Shown here in pieces: positions 1 to 12,405 of a stretch of DNA of 64,000 bases (positions within the stretch are counted from its first letter, which is position 1; each line of letters opens with the position of its first letter). This DNA is from Tubiluchus corallicola. Taxonomy: Eukaryota > Animalia > Priapulida. The stretch spans positions 248,001 to 312,000 of the forward strand of contig JAQGDQ010000015.1 in assembly GCA_030141605.1 (NCBI GenBank), in the 5' to 3' direction. The notes under the pieces are model-generated. The model searched no databases. It was given only the letters and a program-made list of their open reading frames with translations, and had not been told where the DNA came from. The position numbers and the translations under genes are program-made.

Positions 1-1070
1 TATTGTCAGCCTGGGCTAACAGTTTGGTGTTGCAATGCCTAGTGTGCACTACACTACTAAACAGAACCACAATTAAATGTCAAGCCATAATATATAATAG
101 CATCCCAACAGAGTATCAGCCTGTTTTATTCTGCCTGAACATATATAGCCTATTAATACCAGCCTATTTAATATGGCATCAATTGTTTCTTCTAATGGTT
201 AGTTAATAATCTCTTATGAAGTTTATTGTATACTTTATTGTATACATACCCTAGCCTATGAGCCCGAATTTGTAAAAAAAGCATTGCTTGTCACTAAAAA
301 CAACATTGTTTTCAGTTAGCTACCCAGTGAAATACATTTAGCCCACAAGTCTAAGTTTGCAAGAAAGCAGAATTTGCTACTGAAACAAACAAAACAGCCT
401 TTCAACAGCAAATAACTGTTGTGCCTTAACTTACTGCCTAAATTAAAAAAAAAAAAAATATAAATATAAGGTATCTCAAAAATTACTATACACTTTAATT
501 TCCACGTTTCTTTTCTAACTGTACTCCAGTCTCAGCAAGCTCTTAAATGAACCAAAAGGGGCCTTTGGCAATTCCTTTATTTATCTTTTGACAAGAACTT
601 GGAAATTCAGAGCACCGTATTATCTCACTACTTAACAATGAAGTTCTCCAACAAGATGCAGCCATTCCTCACTACTCACGAGCTGTGAGAGACTTTCTCA
701 ATGCAAGATGCCTGACTTGCCATTGGATTGGCCTCTGAAGCTCTTGAGGTCCCTGAAGAAAGTAGTGAAAATAGCAAAGCCTGCAAGTGCTATAGTTTTT
801 TCCAGATTTTCGTCTTATTTTTCTAAACCAATCTGTACCAATTTTCAAACATTTTGTTTCGTTTGTTAAACAATATAGAAAATGCAATGTGTATAGTGAC
901 TTCTGGGACATTTTGTATATAATATAAATGTAAAAAATATTAAACAAGAATATATTTCCAAGAAATTAGAGAAGTTCAGTGAACATTCTAAATCTTAAAT
1001 TTATACTTGACAAAATGAATGATATTTTTCTGTAGTTACTGTAGTTTAAGAATTTATAAATTTAGGTTAC

Positions 1071-1993
1071 CTAGAATCCACGCTTCCGTCAGCATCCGTA
1101 GCCAAAATGTTTTCAACATGTTCAAGCACAGCTTGGGAAGTATTCGCCGTAACCATTCCTGTGCTAGTTACATCATCATTTTCGCTGACAGTACTCGACG
1201 TTCCATCATTTAGTGGCACTTTAGTTATGGAAGGCAAGTCTAGAGGCTGCAACGATATAGAGTTGCCAGCTGGCTCATTTAGTACATTAACACTGCTATC
1301 CGCAGGCAATGGAACATTCTCAGAGTTCTGAGATGGCTTGTTATCTTGCCTCAGTGCACTTACTGCCATCTTGTGATCTGACTGTCCCAGATCTACAGAT
1401 TTGCCATCACTTTTTTGATATACAGATGTGATATTGCTAGAACTCGCTGAACTAGTATCTACTTGTGAATCTTTTGCCGTCAAAACAGGCGGTTGTTCTG
1501 GAGATGGGTCTAAAAAGTCCCGACACATCCAGCGTCCACGATGGAAAGGTTCTCTGCTTTCAATTTTTACCACTTTAAACCTAGACTGTGCACCGTTCGA
1601 CGCAACCATGCTTGGAGACACTCTATCGCTTTCGGATGGACTACTTGCTGCAGAAGAACCTTCTTGATCATCGGTCTTTAAGGAATTATCTAACAAGTCT
1701 GAACAACTCACATCTTCGGTGTGACTTGTTTCGTCTAGATCGTCTAGACTGTCTTCTGCATGATCTGGTCCTGGGTGCAATGTTCCTGCTGTCACACTTG
1801 TTATTTGGAAACCTTTCTTTTTCAACCCTGGTCCATGATCTACACCATCTTCAATAATTTCACTATTTACAGAGCTATCAGTAATTGATCGCTCCAGCAA
1901 ACCAGCAGGCGATTTTAACTTGGAATATCCATCTGCAGTATTAAACTGAAGTTTCTTTGACCCACCTTCACGAGGTTTCAGATTGTCAGTCAT
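1071..1993 (-). CDS. TSC22D: TSC22 domain family (bunched-like) long isoform, large N-terminal coding exon; remaining exons lie left of or outside the window
   Basis: ORF carries both conserved motifs of long TSC22D/BunA isoforms (KKKGFQITSV; SRFKVVKIESREPFHRGRWMCRDF) in Ser-rich low-complexity sequence. It ends at a splice donor (TCTAG|GTAA at 1071/1070), so the ORF-track stop is intronic. Plausible acceptor TTTGTCTTTTGCATTTTAG upstream at 2412. Confidence 0.85.
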
Positions 1994-3779
1994 CTTCCAA
2001 GAAAGGACTGAAGACTTCCGATATACAAGTTTTCAACTGCTGCTAAAGTATCACAATGTAAATCAATAAGCACCAATGCTTTTTTTGCAAAAAAGGCAGG
2101 TAATACTTTGTGCACATGCACTTCTTTCCTGAATGTCGCATGACTCACTTGAAGCAAAAAATGGCACTACTGCTATTAGCTGCGGTCAAAAATGGGATCA
2201 ATAGAAGGTGATTTTTTTAAAAAGACATCAACAAAGTTTTTTCCAAAGCTTCCAGTATAACAGCTACAGATTTGCACTGGGTTACCTATCAGTTAAAGTA
2301 TAATCTGTAGATGACTCAAGTGTTGCACTAGTTTCAACTTGTATCACTTGAAATTTCGAGCAATATCTTCAATGTTCAAAATCTCAGCAACAGCTTCACT
2401 CCATACATACACTAAAATGCAAAAGACAAATTTATCAATTACTAAGAATTAAGTATGCCTGAATAATATTATGCATTTGAAGGAAAATTTCACAAAACTT
2501 AGGTGTAACGTAATATGTAAACTAATATCCTAATTAATACAAAGGTTATTATAATATAAATATAAAGTGCCCAACTAAAACAAATAACTTAGTAATAAGA
2601 TGCTTCATAGCATCAAATAACCAGTTTTTTTACTGAAATAGAATGCAATTGAATTTAGGATTATATGAAAGGGATTAGAGTGTAAACTACTTAAACAATT
2701 AAAAGCAAGAAAAACTTTTGTGAATAAATGGAAAACTGGCAAATTTTAAGTACCCATCAAATGGCCAGAGTAAAAAACCACGCCTTTTCACACTCAGGGT
2801 ATCTTCCTATTATAACATTTTAAGTACATTTGTGGCTCGTATATAAAATTAAATCAAATGAGTTTTGTTTATACATCAATTTGAGTACTGGAAGTAATGT
2901 AAATATAACAGGCTGCAATCAGAATTTAATTAACCTAACTGCTACCTAGAAACCTAGGAAAAAAATCCTAGGTAGACTATGGCCAGACATCTACTCTGTA
3001 CGCAAGCAAAATGCCTGGCAGAATATACACAAACAGTGGCATTATTATACTAATTGCATTGTGAATTTCATTTCATTGCACTCTTCACCTTTAATTTAAG
3101 CTGTTTTTCTGCCCTACTGTAATTAAATGGTAAAAACAGTGGGGAAGCTTGCAAAATCTTACTGTTAAGAAATTGTTGATCATGTTAATTTGTGATTGAG
3201 CACTTAGTCAAATGCATTGGTTGACTGGCTTTCAATAAAATTGATTAATCAGAACAGTGCTACTGATAAATTGGTGGCTGTTAGATACATTACTGGCACT
3301 GAAAGCACATGCCACCTACTTCAGGTACCCCTTTTCTTGTCCTTTAAGATTACATACTGTCACACAAAGCTCTCACACCCATACTTCGAAGTTAAAATCC
3401 TGCCCATCAAATTAGTGTAAATACACACAAATTATTTAAGTGTCTTACTCCGACGGTGAATTCCAGCACTCCACATTTTGAAGCTCTTACCCATGCGGTA
3501 ATACACAAATCTTAATTTTAGTGAACAGTCTGAAAACGCGGGATACTGTATTTTCGATTTGTTGACAAGCAAGAAAACTCAACTACATTTAATACTTAAA
3601 ATATGCCAAAGAAACAGATACTGGTGTCACAAAAGAATCTACACGTGTACCATACAGCAAGTCTGGGGAAAATACTCCACGATATAGTACCATATACACC
3701 CAGTAACTCACTAAATCGTAAGAAAACTTTTGTTCAAATTATTAATCAAGTATCAAAACTCCAAAATGGCTGGCTAGAC

Positions 3780-4000
3780 GAATCGAGGGCAGTGACGTCA
3801 TTAGAGTGGGTCGGGTGTTCTCCTTTCGCTACCAAAAGAGGACGCCACGGTACTAAGTTGAATTGATAGCGCTTGCGGCCAGACCATAGATATAATAATT
3901 ACCTAACTACATTTATAACTGCCTATTTAATCATATTAGTGCTGTGTTAGTGCCCAGTTTTAGTGCTCGTCGGATCTAATGCGCAATTACGCACCAATCA
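3780..4000 (-). promoter_or_regulatory. Probable promoter region of the TSC22D gene
   Basis: CpG-enriched patch with a perfect CRE (TGACGTCA, 3793-3800) and CCAAT (about 3994); candidate first-exon donor ATGG|GTAAG near 3490. Confidence 0.4.
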
Positions 4001-5129
4001 GTAAACAAATCAACACTTAAACGAGCATTCGACAGGTTGAATTGCTTTTTCGTTGTCGATTGCAACTGCCAAAACAAAAGCTTCTGAATAGGCTTTTTGG
4101 AACCAGCATTGAATAAGTTATAGTATGCTTTACTAGCTTTTTTTAAATTACTCCACTTCGGGCTCAAATCATCTTCTGTGCATACCCATCTCAAGTCAGT
4201 GCTTGACGTAATGTCTTGTGTACTTGCCGTGTGCAGCTCACCCCCACTTTCACAACTGACTAAGCATCCAGGAATCCAGAAGTCCTAATTTTCTTTGGAC
4301 TAGGATCGATCTGCTATAGTTTATCCAAGTGAACTTTACTTAAATTCTTGAGCCCTTCTTAGCCTTTTCAGTGTCTTAGTATATTAACTTATGATACACA
4401 GCTTGATGTGCCATAACCGTTTGTTTGAAGCCACATTCGTCATCAAGTCTATTCAGATTTTTACTCAAAGGAATACAGTTAGCTTCTGAGATTTCAAAAG
4501 ATTGTTAACAGTGTATTCCTAACTAGTTTTTGATGGTTAACATTTTTGATTTTTGATAAAAGTTTTTTTTGGGATTGTCTTTCTTACATAAGAAACCACT
4601 GCCCTTTGTTTGCTGTGCAACGACATTATTAATTGAGTTTACTTGTGAAGTAATTCTGTAAAGAGGTCTGTTTCGCCGTGATACTGTTCTCTTTGTCATT
4701 TTATCCCTAGAACTAGGCTTTTCTTAGTACGATGTTGATATATTTAGATATCCTTTGTTACCTTCTGCTAATCAAAAAAGTTATAAGTCACCTATTGGCA
4801 CTACACTTACCTACTAACAAATTGAGCCGTCATTGTCCACCAGTATAGGCGTTCTGCAGAAACGTTTTGCTACATTCTGCTTACCACTACTTTGACTAAA
4901 AGACGATTTTAAACCACCGAAAGCATTGACGCATCGCTCGAGTACACAGAAGAGAACGTAAGTACACAACTTGTGGAGCATCCACTTCAGACGATAATGT
5001 CTTAATACCTACTAACTAGCTTAAATGTTAGACATTACGCAGTCAAACATTATAAAAACTAAAAAAGGGAGACTTTGTATAATTAACACTAGCAAAACTG
5101 AAAAGTATTGTACCTAAAATAAATGATGT

Positions 5130-5800
5130 CTGAAAAAAATTAAAGACGTGCGACTCGAGCTATTGGTCATCGGACTTATCTGCCTCAAGGTGGTGGATCA
5201 AAAGTTTGACTCCGTCAGTAGATCCGACGTTTATTCTAGTGTATCCATTTGCAAGTTTGGATTTAGTGTTTAGGTAACTACCTTTTTTGAGAAAGTGGAT
5301 TTTTTCGATGCCGACTTCTTAAATTCAAGACGACAAATCGAAATTTAACTCAATCAATCGATGCACGATTCATTCCATTATATTTCTGTAAAGTTTTGTA
5401 CACTCCAGTGCGCTCTGATGGGGCCGTCGACTTTTTTTAATTCAAGATGGCAGGTAAAAAGTCCAACTCCATCAGTTTACATAGGTTAAATGTTTTTCGA
5501 AAATGATGGTATGGTTGCTATCTTGAACTCAAGATGGTAAATAAAAAATTTCCACCCTGTCAGTTTCAAGTCAACATTGTAATCTGTGTTTATCAATTGT
5601 CTGTTGCTGCACTAAGTCTTATTGCAACTTGGGAAGCACAAAAGTTGCAATAAGACTTAAAGCAGCAACAGACAATTGATAAGCACAGATTAAAATGTTG
5701 ACCTGAATCTGGCGGCGTGGGATTTCTTTATTTACCATCTTGAGTTTAAGATTTTCACGAATCCAAGATTTTTTGTAGCGCACAACTGTTTCCTTTGTAA
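5130..5800. mobile_element. Non-autonomous interspersed repeat with internal TTCAAGATGG/ACTCCGTCA sub-repeats and a long hairpin (5520-5752)
   Basis: Recurrent subunits; similar motifs recur in inverted orientation at 24830-25340. Confidence 0.5.
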
Positions 5801-8800
5801 TACAAACTCACTTACGTCAAGAAGAACACCAGCATCAACAAATCTCCCTATTACGTGTACTAGCAATTTAGCTAAGACTATTTTGTATTGTGAACTTGTA
5901 TTCATAGACTGTGGGAAATAATTGTACACCTCGCAAGGTTTTTATCGATCTGTATAAAAAGGAAAGTTCTTTTTTGCTCATTTTAATTTTGACCTAACAG
6001 CTGTAATCTACGATAACTATAATTATGACGTCTGGCTAGAAAACTAGCCATTAAAACTACCGCAGAAATCATGATTGATCCCGAAGAATTTATTGAATGT
6101 AAACCTTGAAATTCAACAGGCCTATACGGTTAACAAACGTTTTAGCAATGGTTCTTGCCATGATGCAATTATCAGTGAAAACCCCCAAAAAATAGAACTA
6201 ATAACCGTGACATTTTTTGAAAACTGTATGGATTGCTAATAATATGGTGCTAGTTTCTTCCACATTTTGTAGCTCATCGCTGATGATGGCGCGTAAAGTC
6301 ATTGCGGAAATGTTTGCCAATTGCTATACATATAGTTCATGGATTATAATGAAATAAATATTTTTGGATCAACCATGAATCTGTGATTGTTTTTAGTGGT
6401 TATATTTCTAGTCATATTGAGATTACCTAGAGACTAGTCTATTGCCAGATCTATAGAGTTTACTGCCAGCCATAAAAATTTGAATTACCTGAACTCAAAC
6501 TTTCACGTTTACTAATTTATACATGTTAATACTAGATGGCGCAGTTGACTGAAACTGGCTGTTGTTTTTCCCCTCTACCTAGCTCGTTTGTTTTACACAG
6601 CCTGGCAGTTCAAGTCTACTCACGAGCGTCACTGGAGCGAGAGACGAACGCATTAAAACCAAAGCCGTGGCCGTACTTATTCTAATTGCCATAATATTCA
6701 TATCTTGGCTGCACGGTTTTTAACTTAACGTAGGACATCGGCTGACTACGCGTGCTAATTACTGTTCCCAATTAAGACAGATTAAATAAGCGTGGTTTAT
6801 GCGTTTACAGCAGCTAAACCATGCATGGCGTGAAGCCATTTTCTGCCTTGGCACGATTTTATTTCAGTGAATTTTGCAATTAAAAAGTCTACGCACACTG
6901 GAAAGCTGTTGCTTTGTAATAGAGTATGGTCAGTTGAGTCGAGCATTTTGAGGTACTTTGCGCTTAACGATAAAAAAATTTAATGTCTTAGCAGATATAT
7001 AGCGCCCCATTGTAAGATGCGGTTTGTTATGTACGCAATAGATGCAACTATGATAATGTAGAAGAGTTATCCCAAGAGAGCAAAAAAACGACATAACATA
7101 AAGACTGCGATAACAGTAGCTTTAAACCTCTGAAACTCAAAAATGCATGTTTTTACTTACCTATTACCAACTTTACTAAAATATTGGCATTGTGAATTGA
7201 AAATAGTGTCGGGTGGGGGTAAAACGTGCTACGTTTTTTTAAAGGAAAGGCCGAACCTTCTGGGAGGTTAGGCTTATTTCAATATTCACGAAAAATATTA
7301 GAAGGAGATTATTCGAATAGAGGAGAAATTTATTAGAAGGATTTAGTAATAAAAGTGTGATAATGTAATTAGTAAAATCACTTTATAGTCGCGACCATTT
7401 CACGCTTGGATGCTTCCATTTTGAATGTCCGTCCTTCCACCAAGACGTCGTGCATCTAATGAAGAAAAGCAGCGCACTGTCAAAAGTATAATAATTTTTT
7501 ACAAAAAAATATGTAGCTCATTTTGTGATATTTTAGGTTAGTTAGGTAACAATGAAGATTAGGTAAGCAGCAGAAGTTTGAATTAGATTAAGCAGCAAGC
7601 GCTTACGGAAAGCCACAAAGCACTTTCGAACAGTCATCAGTACGTCATAGTTTTCAAGTACTGTAAATGACGACTACCATCACGCCTGAAAGTTTCTATA
7701 TAGTGGTGGTATAAATTCATTTCATGCTTTATATACAGTGTCTGCAAATTATTTGCTACATTTTTAAAGTTTTAGTGATAATAGTGAGATAAACCCAACA
7801 TGCTAAGTAACTAGTCCTTTTCTTTAATATTAAGTACGGTGTCCGCCAGGAACGAATATTGTTACTACTGTGACTTTCATTGTATGTTGATGATCTGTGT
7901 ATGATATTGGCTTCAAAATCTAATGCTACATACCGTCTTGCTACTTTAATGCTTAATCACATATACGTAGATGATCTGTCATTACTGCGCCCTATTTGCT
8001 CGTTTTTGTGTTATACTGGTAATTATACATTTGAACCTCAATTTATTCTGAAATTATTATTATGAGTGATAAATACAACTACACAAAATCAGTCACAAAC
8101 TAAGTTGAAATTCATATACTCACATGAATTCATATACTGTGAGGCACATTTTTTATGTTTTTATTTGCACAGCGTTATAAGCATTTTGATTTTTTGTGAA
8201 ATTATAGATACTTCATTTTTGGGATTACGAAAACCATATTTTTATGAAGCGGGGGTTCTGAAGAGGGCAGTAGCCCTCCCAGGGCAAATGAATTCTACAT
8301 TTTCAAGGTAAATACGGCTTATTTTCGGAGCATAGTTCTGTTTTAAATTTGAAAATTTAATATTTCATTATTCAAAAATTGATTACTTATTGTAGTACCT
8401 CTTTCAAGTGTTTCCTGTACGGCGAATTGTTTTTAGCTTTTAATAATTATAAAGCTTATATTAATAATACCTCTTATCAAATTTAGCTCGCTAAACCACA
8501 TAAGTCCTTTATACACTTTTTAAGTACATGCACGCCAATGTACTGAGAAGATCGTCGCTATTATTTCGTTTGAAACGTTTGAAAAAGTATATCTGAAAGA
8601 AAGTGTTTGCACGTTTACTCCGTGAAAACACAAACCATTAGCTGCGTTTTGTAAGACTCTTGTATTTTTTAGTAACGGTTATTATATTTGGACTTATTGC
8701 ATTTGTATACTCCTACTACTGCAATTACTAAAGGTTATATTGAGTAGAAATATGTACAGATATAAGTAAGTATAAATATATACTTATAAATATAAATAAT

Positions 8801-9869
8801 ACTTTGTTTTTAGACGCTTGTCAGTCTATATCCTATACCACATATAGATAATCATGTAATAATGATAGCCATTGTGCGACAATGCATGAAATATTATTTT
8901 CGCAGATAGGTTTGGCTTTAGAATGCAAGGGCCTCTTCATTGGGCTACCACAATTATGTACTTGTGTTTGGATGTCCAACAGAGTGTTATCCCCTTCCTT
9001 GTTCCACGTACAATGATAAACCTCTTCACTGTCAAATCCCTCGAGCTCTGCAAATATAGGTTACTCAATCATAGTCGCATCTAGTCACTTAACTCTCTCG
9101 AGATAGGTGCAGGTATACAACTCTCGAGCCGTCTCTAGGTCATCTCAGTGTCCTCACCCCAAAACATAATCATTATCTCCTGACCCAGTATACCAATTGT
9201 TTAACCCACTCACCATGAACGCAATCCACAATTAAATCGAACATTGATGACCATTCGCCATTCACGGGTGTATGGACCTGAATTCTCGTAACCAAACCCT
9301 CCAAATTCTTTCAGTTGATGATTAATAGCGCTTATGACCCAATTCGAATAATGCGTTCCGAGGGACGATTCGTCTCCGTCACGTCTCCCCGTTTGAGACC
9401 TTCTCGAAGAACAATAATATTAACTTGGGAGCAAGCACCGGAAAATCATCCTGGCCGGCTATGGTCAAATTGAAAGGTCTTCCTGCTGCGTTACAGCCCT
9501 CATTTTATATATAGACAGTTTAGTAAGAGCACACAGAGTAGAATCGGTGATTGCGTCATGTGGAATAACTAGACAAGTGTTTAATTTACAACGATTTAGG
9601 CTTATATCTGTTGCAGGTAAACGGTTTAGTACTTAGTAGAACTGTAATACGTGTATACTTAAAACTATAATAAGTGTACAATAAAATTAAATAAGCGCAA
9701 AAAATCTTCAATTGTCTGAGACCCTACAAAAAGTTGTTGCAAGAAGGAAGCCTGTTGTTGTTTGCAGTTAGTTTTTAGTGTTTAGTAGTAAAAGTGGCAT
9801 TTTAATTTTCAATTTTGGCAGAAGAAACGTAATAATAGAACAATAGAATACTGTAGCAATTTAGCGGGA

Positions 9870-9983
9870 GGTGGCCAGGTAATAGCACGTTAACTATAAC
9901 TACTTAGATGCGATATCAAACCGGTCTCCGAAGTTAAGCACCACTGATTTTGATTAGTACTTGCATGGATAAAAGCAAGGCCC
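9870..9983 (+). mobile_element. 5S rRNA-derived SINE-like head or 5S pseudogene fragment
   Basis: GGTCTCCGAAGTTAAGCA...GATTAGTACTTGCATGG matches the 5S internal control region (GATCTCGGAAGCTAAGCAG...GGTTAGTACTTGGATGG); too degenerate for a functional 5S gene. Confidence 0.65.
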
Positions 9984-10002
9984 TAATGTAAAATTTGACA
10001 AA

Positions 10003-10003
<1 letters not shown>

Positions 10004-10073
<70 letters not shown>

Positions 10074-10167
10074 ACTACTACTACTACTACTACTACGACG
10101 ACGACGACGACGACGACGGCTACGGCTACGGCTACGGCTACGGCTACTGCTACTGCTACTGCTACTG

Positions 10168-10239
<72 letters not shown>

Positions 10240-10648
10240 ATTCTACTACTACTGTTTGGGCTTTACGGAGACAAACAAACAAAGTCATCATTTGCACAGT
10301 GTAACTGTTTATTGTTTGTACTATTTTCATGGCACATGCCCCGTAGTCATATTTGCTTCATCCCAAAATATTACATTTTATATCGTTGGCATTAATCATG
10401 AGTTCACACAGCCACGTCACCACATGTACACCTTGAAAATAGTACAAACAATAAACAGTTACACTGTGCAAATGATGACTTTGTTTGTTTGTCTCCGTAA
10501 AGCCCAAACAATTTTATATCGTTGGCATTAATCATGAGTTCACACAGCCACGTCACCACATGTACACCTTCAAACCTAAAAGACCGGAAACTCTGTAGGA
10601 AGCGACTATTGAGGCCAGGTGTCGCCACTAGTAACTTATAGCTAAACT
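10004..10648 (-). mobile_element. Short retroposon-like insertion with (TAG)n compound tail and 13-bp target-site duplication
   Basis: AAATTTGACAAAC at 9991-10003 and 10649-10661; microsatellite tail about 10003-10252; internal 77-bp inverted and 60-bp direct duplications. Confidence 0.65.
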
Positions 10649-11036
10649 AAATTTGACAAACAAAATCCTTGACAGCTACTACTACTAAAAGAGCCTAATT
10701 TTCTATGGGATGGGTTGAAAGTAACATGGCAATGCACTGCCACGGCGACGAAGTAGCTCACAGTTCAAAAGGGAAGCCTGCACTTATTCTTTTTTAAATT
10801 CATATTTAAATAGATAACGTAACGTTCAAAAGATTATTCTTGATTTCTCGTTTAAATACTTACTGTACTGTTCAAGTGCTTTGTCTAATTATTATATGCT
10901 GCATTTGCAAAACTTCGCATGTTATTGCTCAAGTGATTAACTTCACGTCATTTGCTCAAGGCACACAATAGTATTTGATTAATTCGTGCTCAATTTTACA
11001 ATTTTATTATGTTACATTTAAATAGCAATTTATCTA

Positions 11037-11090
11037 AAACCTTATTAATAGCAATTTTTCTGGTGGTCACCCATCAATTTACTAACCAAC
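11037..11090 (-). mobile_element. 5S rRNA-derived fragment (3' half)
   Basis: Minus strand TGGTTAGTAAATTGATGGGTGACCACCAGAAAAA resembles 5S box C; near-identical to 12322-12372. Confidence 0.55.
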
Positions 11091-12007
11091 TAGAGACAAA
11101 TTTTGCCACTAGATTAATTTTGCCATTAGAGATAAAATATACGAGTTCTAAGATTAACATTCTGCATGAGCCAAATACAAGAAAACAAAAATTAATCACT
11201 TTTGTCGATTCAAGACAAAAATCTTCTTATGACGTATTAGCATTGCTATGGAATTCTTGGCCAATGAAATAAAAATTCCGCTTTGTATCACGCGGCTTGT
11301 TGACGTTAAATTTGTGATTTTGGTTATTTTCTGTGAATTGAAAAGAATAATAATAATAATTTATCAATAAATATAAAATGCATTGCAGTATGTTGAGATG
11401 TTGATTGGAACAAAATTGTAAACGTTTGCTAGATTATTATCTACAATATTCTGACACTTTAATATATCACACTGCGTAATAGTTTCTCACCTTCTTCTCT
11501 TTGTCTAAACAAACATTCATTTCAATGTGCCAAACTTGACAGTTCTTTCTAGAACAAGTGTTCCTGGCGTTAACAGGAACAGTTAACAGCAACAAAGTGA
11601 GAAGACTATGTAACATATTGGAGGTTAAGCTACATGTGTCAGTAAAGCTGAGGTTTGTAAATATGAGTACGTTTTAGTAAAAAAATCGAATTTGCACTCT
11701 GCCCGTTTTCACTCATAAATTCCGCTTACAAATAATGAATTTTAAATATTAGGAGAGGAGGAGAAAGAGAGAGGCAGAGGAGGGAGGGAGTGAGACAGAA
11801 AGAGAAAGAGGAGAGAGGGGAAGTTTAGCGAATGGTACTTTAGTTTCACAAACCGCACTTTAGAGAATTTAGTCAAACTTAAATTCGCGTTATATTTCGG
11901 ATCCTGCAATGAAAGGTGGACTTTAACTTGGTTGGGTGCAGACTATGAAATGTTTCAATTTCGCCATCCCTGTTAAAGATAATAAATATTGATTCTATAG
12001 TCAATAA

Positions 12008-12309
<302 letters not shown>

Positions 12310-12321
12310 CACTCTTACTAG

Positions 12322-12405
12322 AACCTTATTAACAGCATTTTTCCTGATGGTCACCTATCAATTTACTAACCAGCTTAGCGTTGCTTAGCTTTAATTGCTG
12401 ATCAC
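12322..12405 (-). mobile_element. 5S rRNA-derived SINE-like fragment abutting (TAG)n
   Basis: Minus strand GATCAGCAATTAAAGCTAAGCAACGCTAAGCTGGTTAGTAAATTGATAGGTGACC resembles 5S box A through box C. Confidence 0.65.

Noticed and set aside
672-947. 91-aa ORF inside the TSC22D intron
   Set aside because: No recognisable TSC-box or leucine zipper; AT-rich composition.
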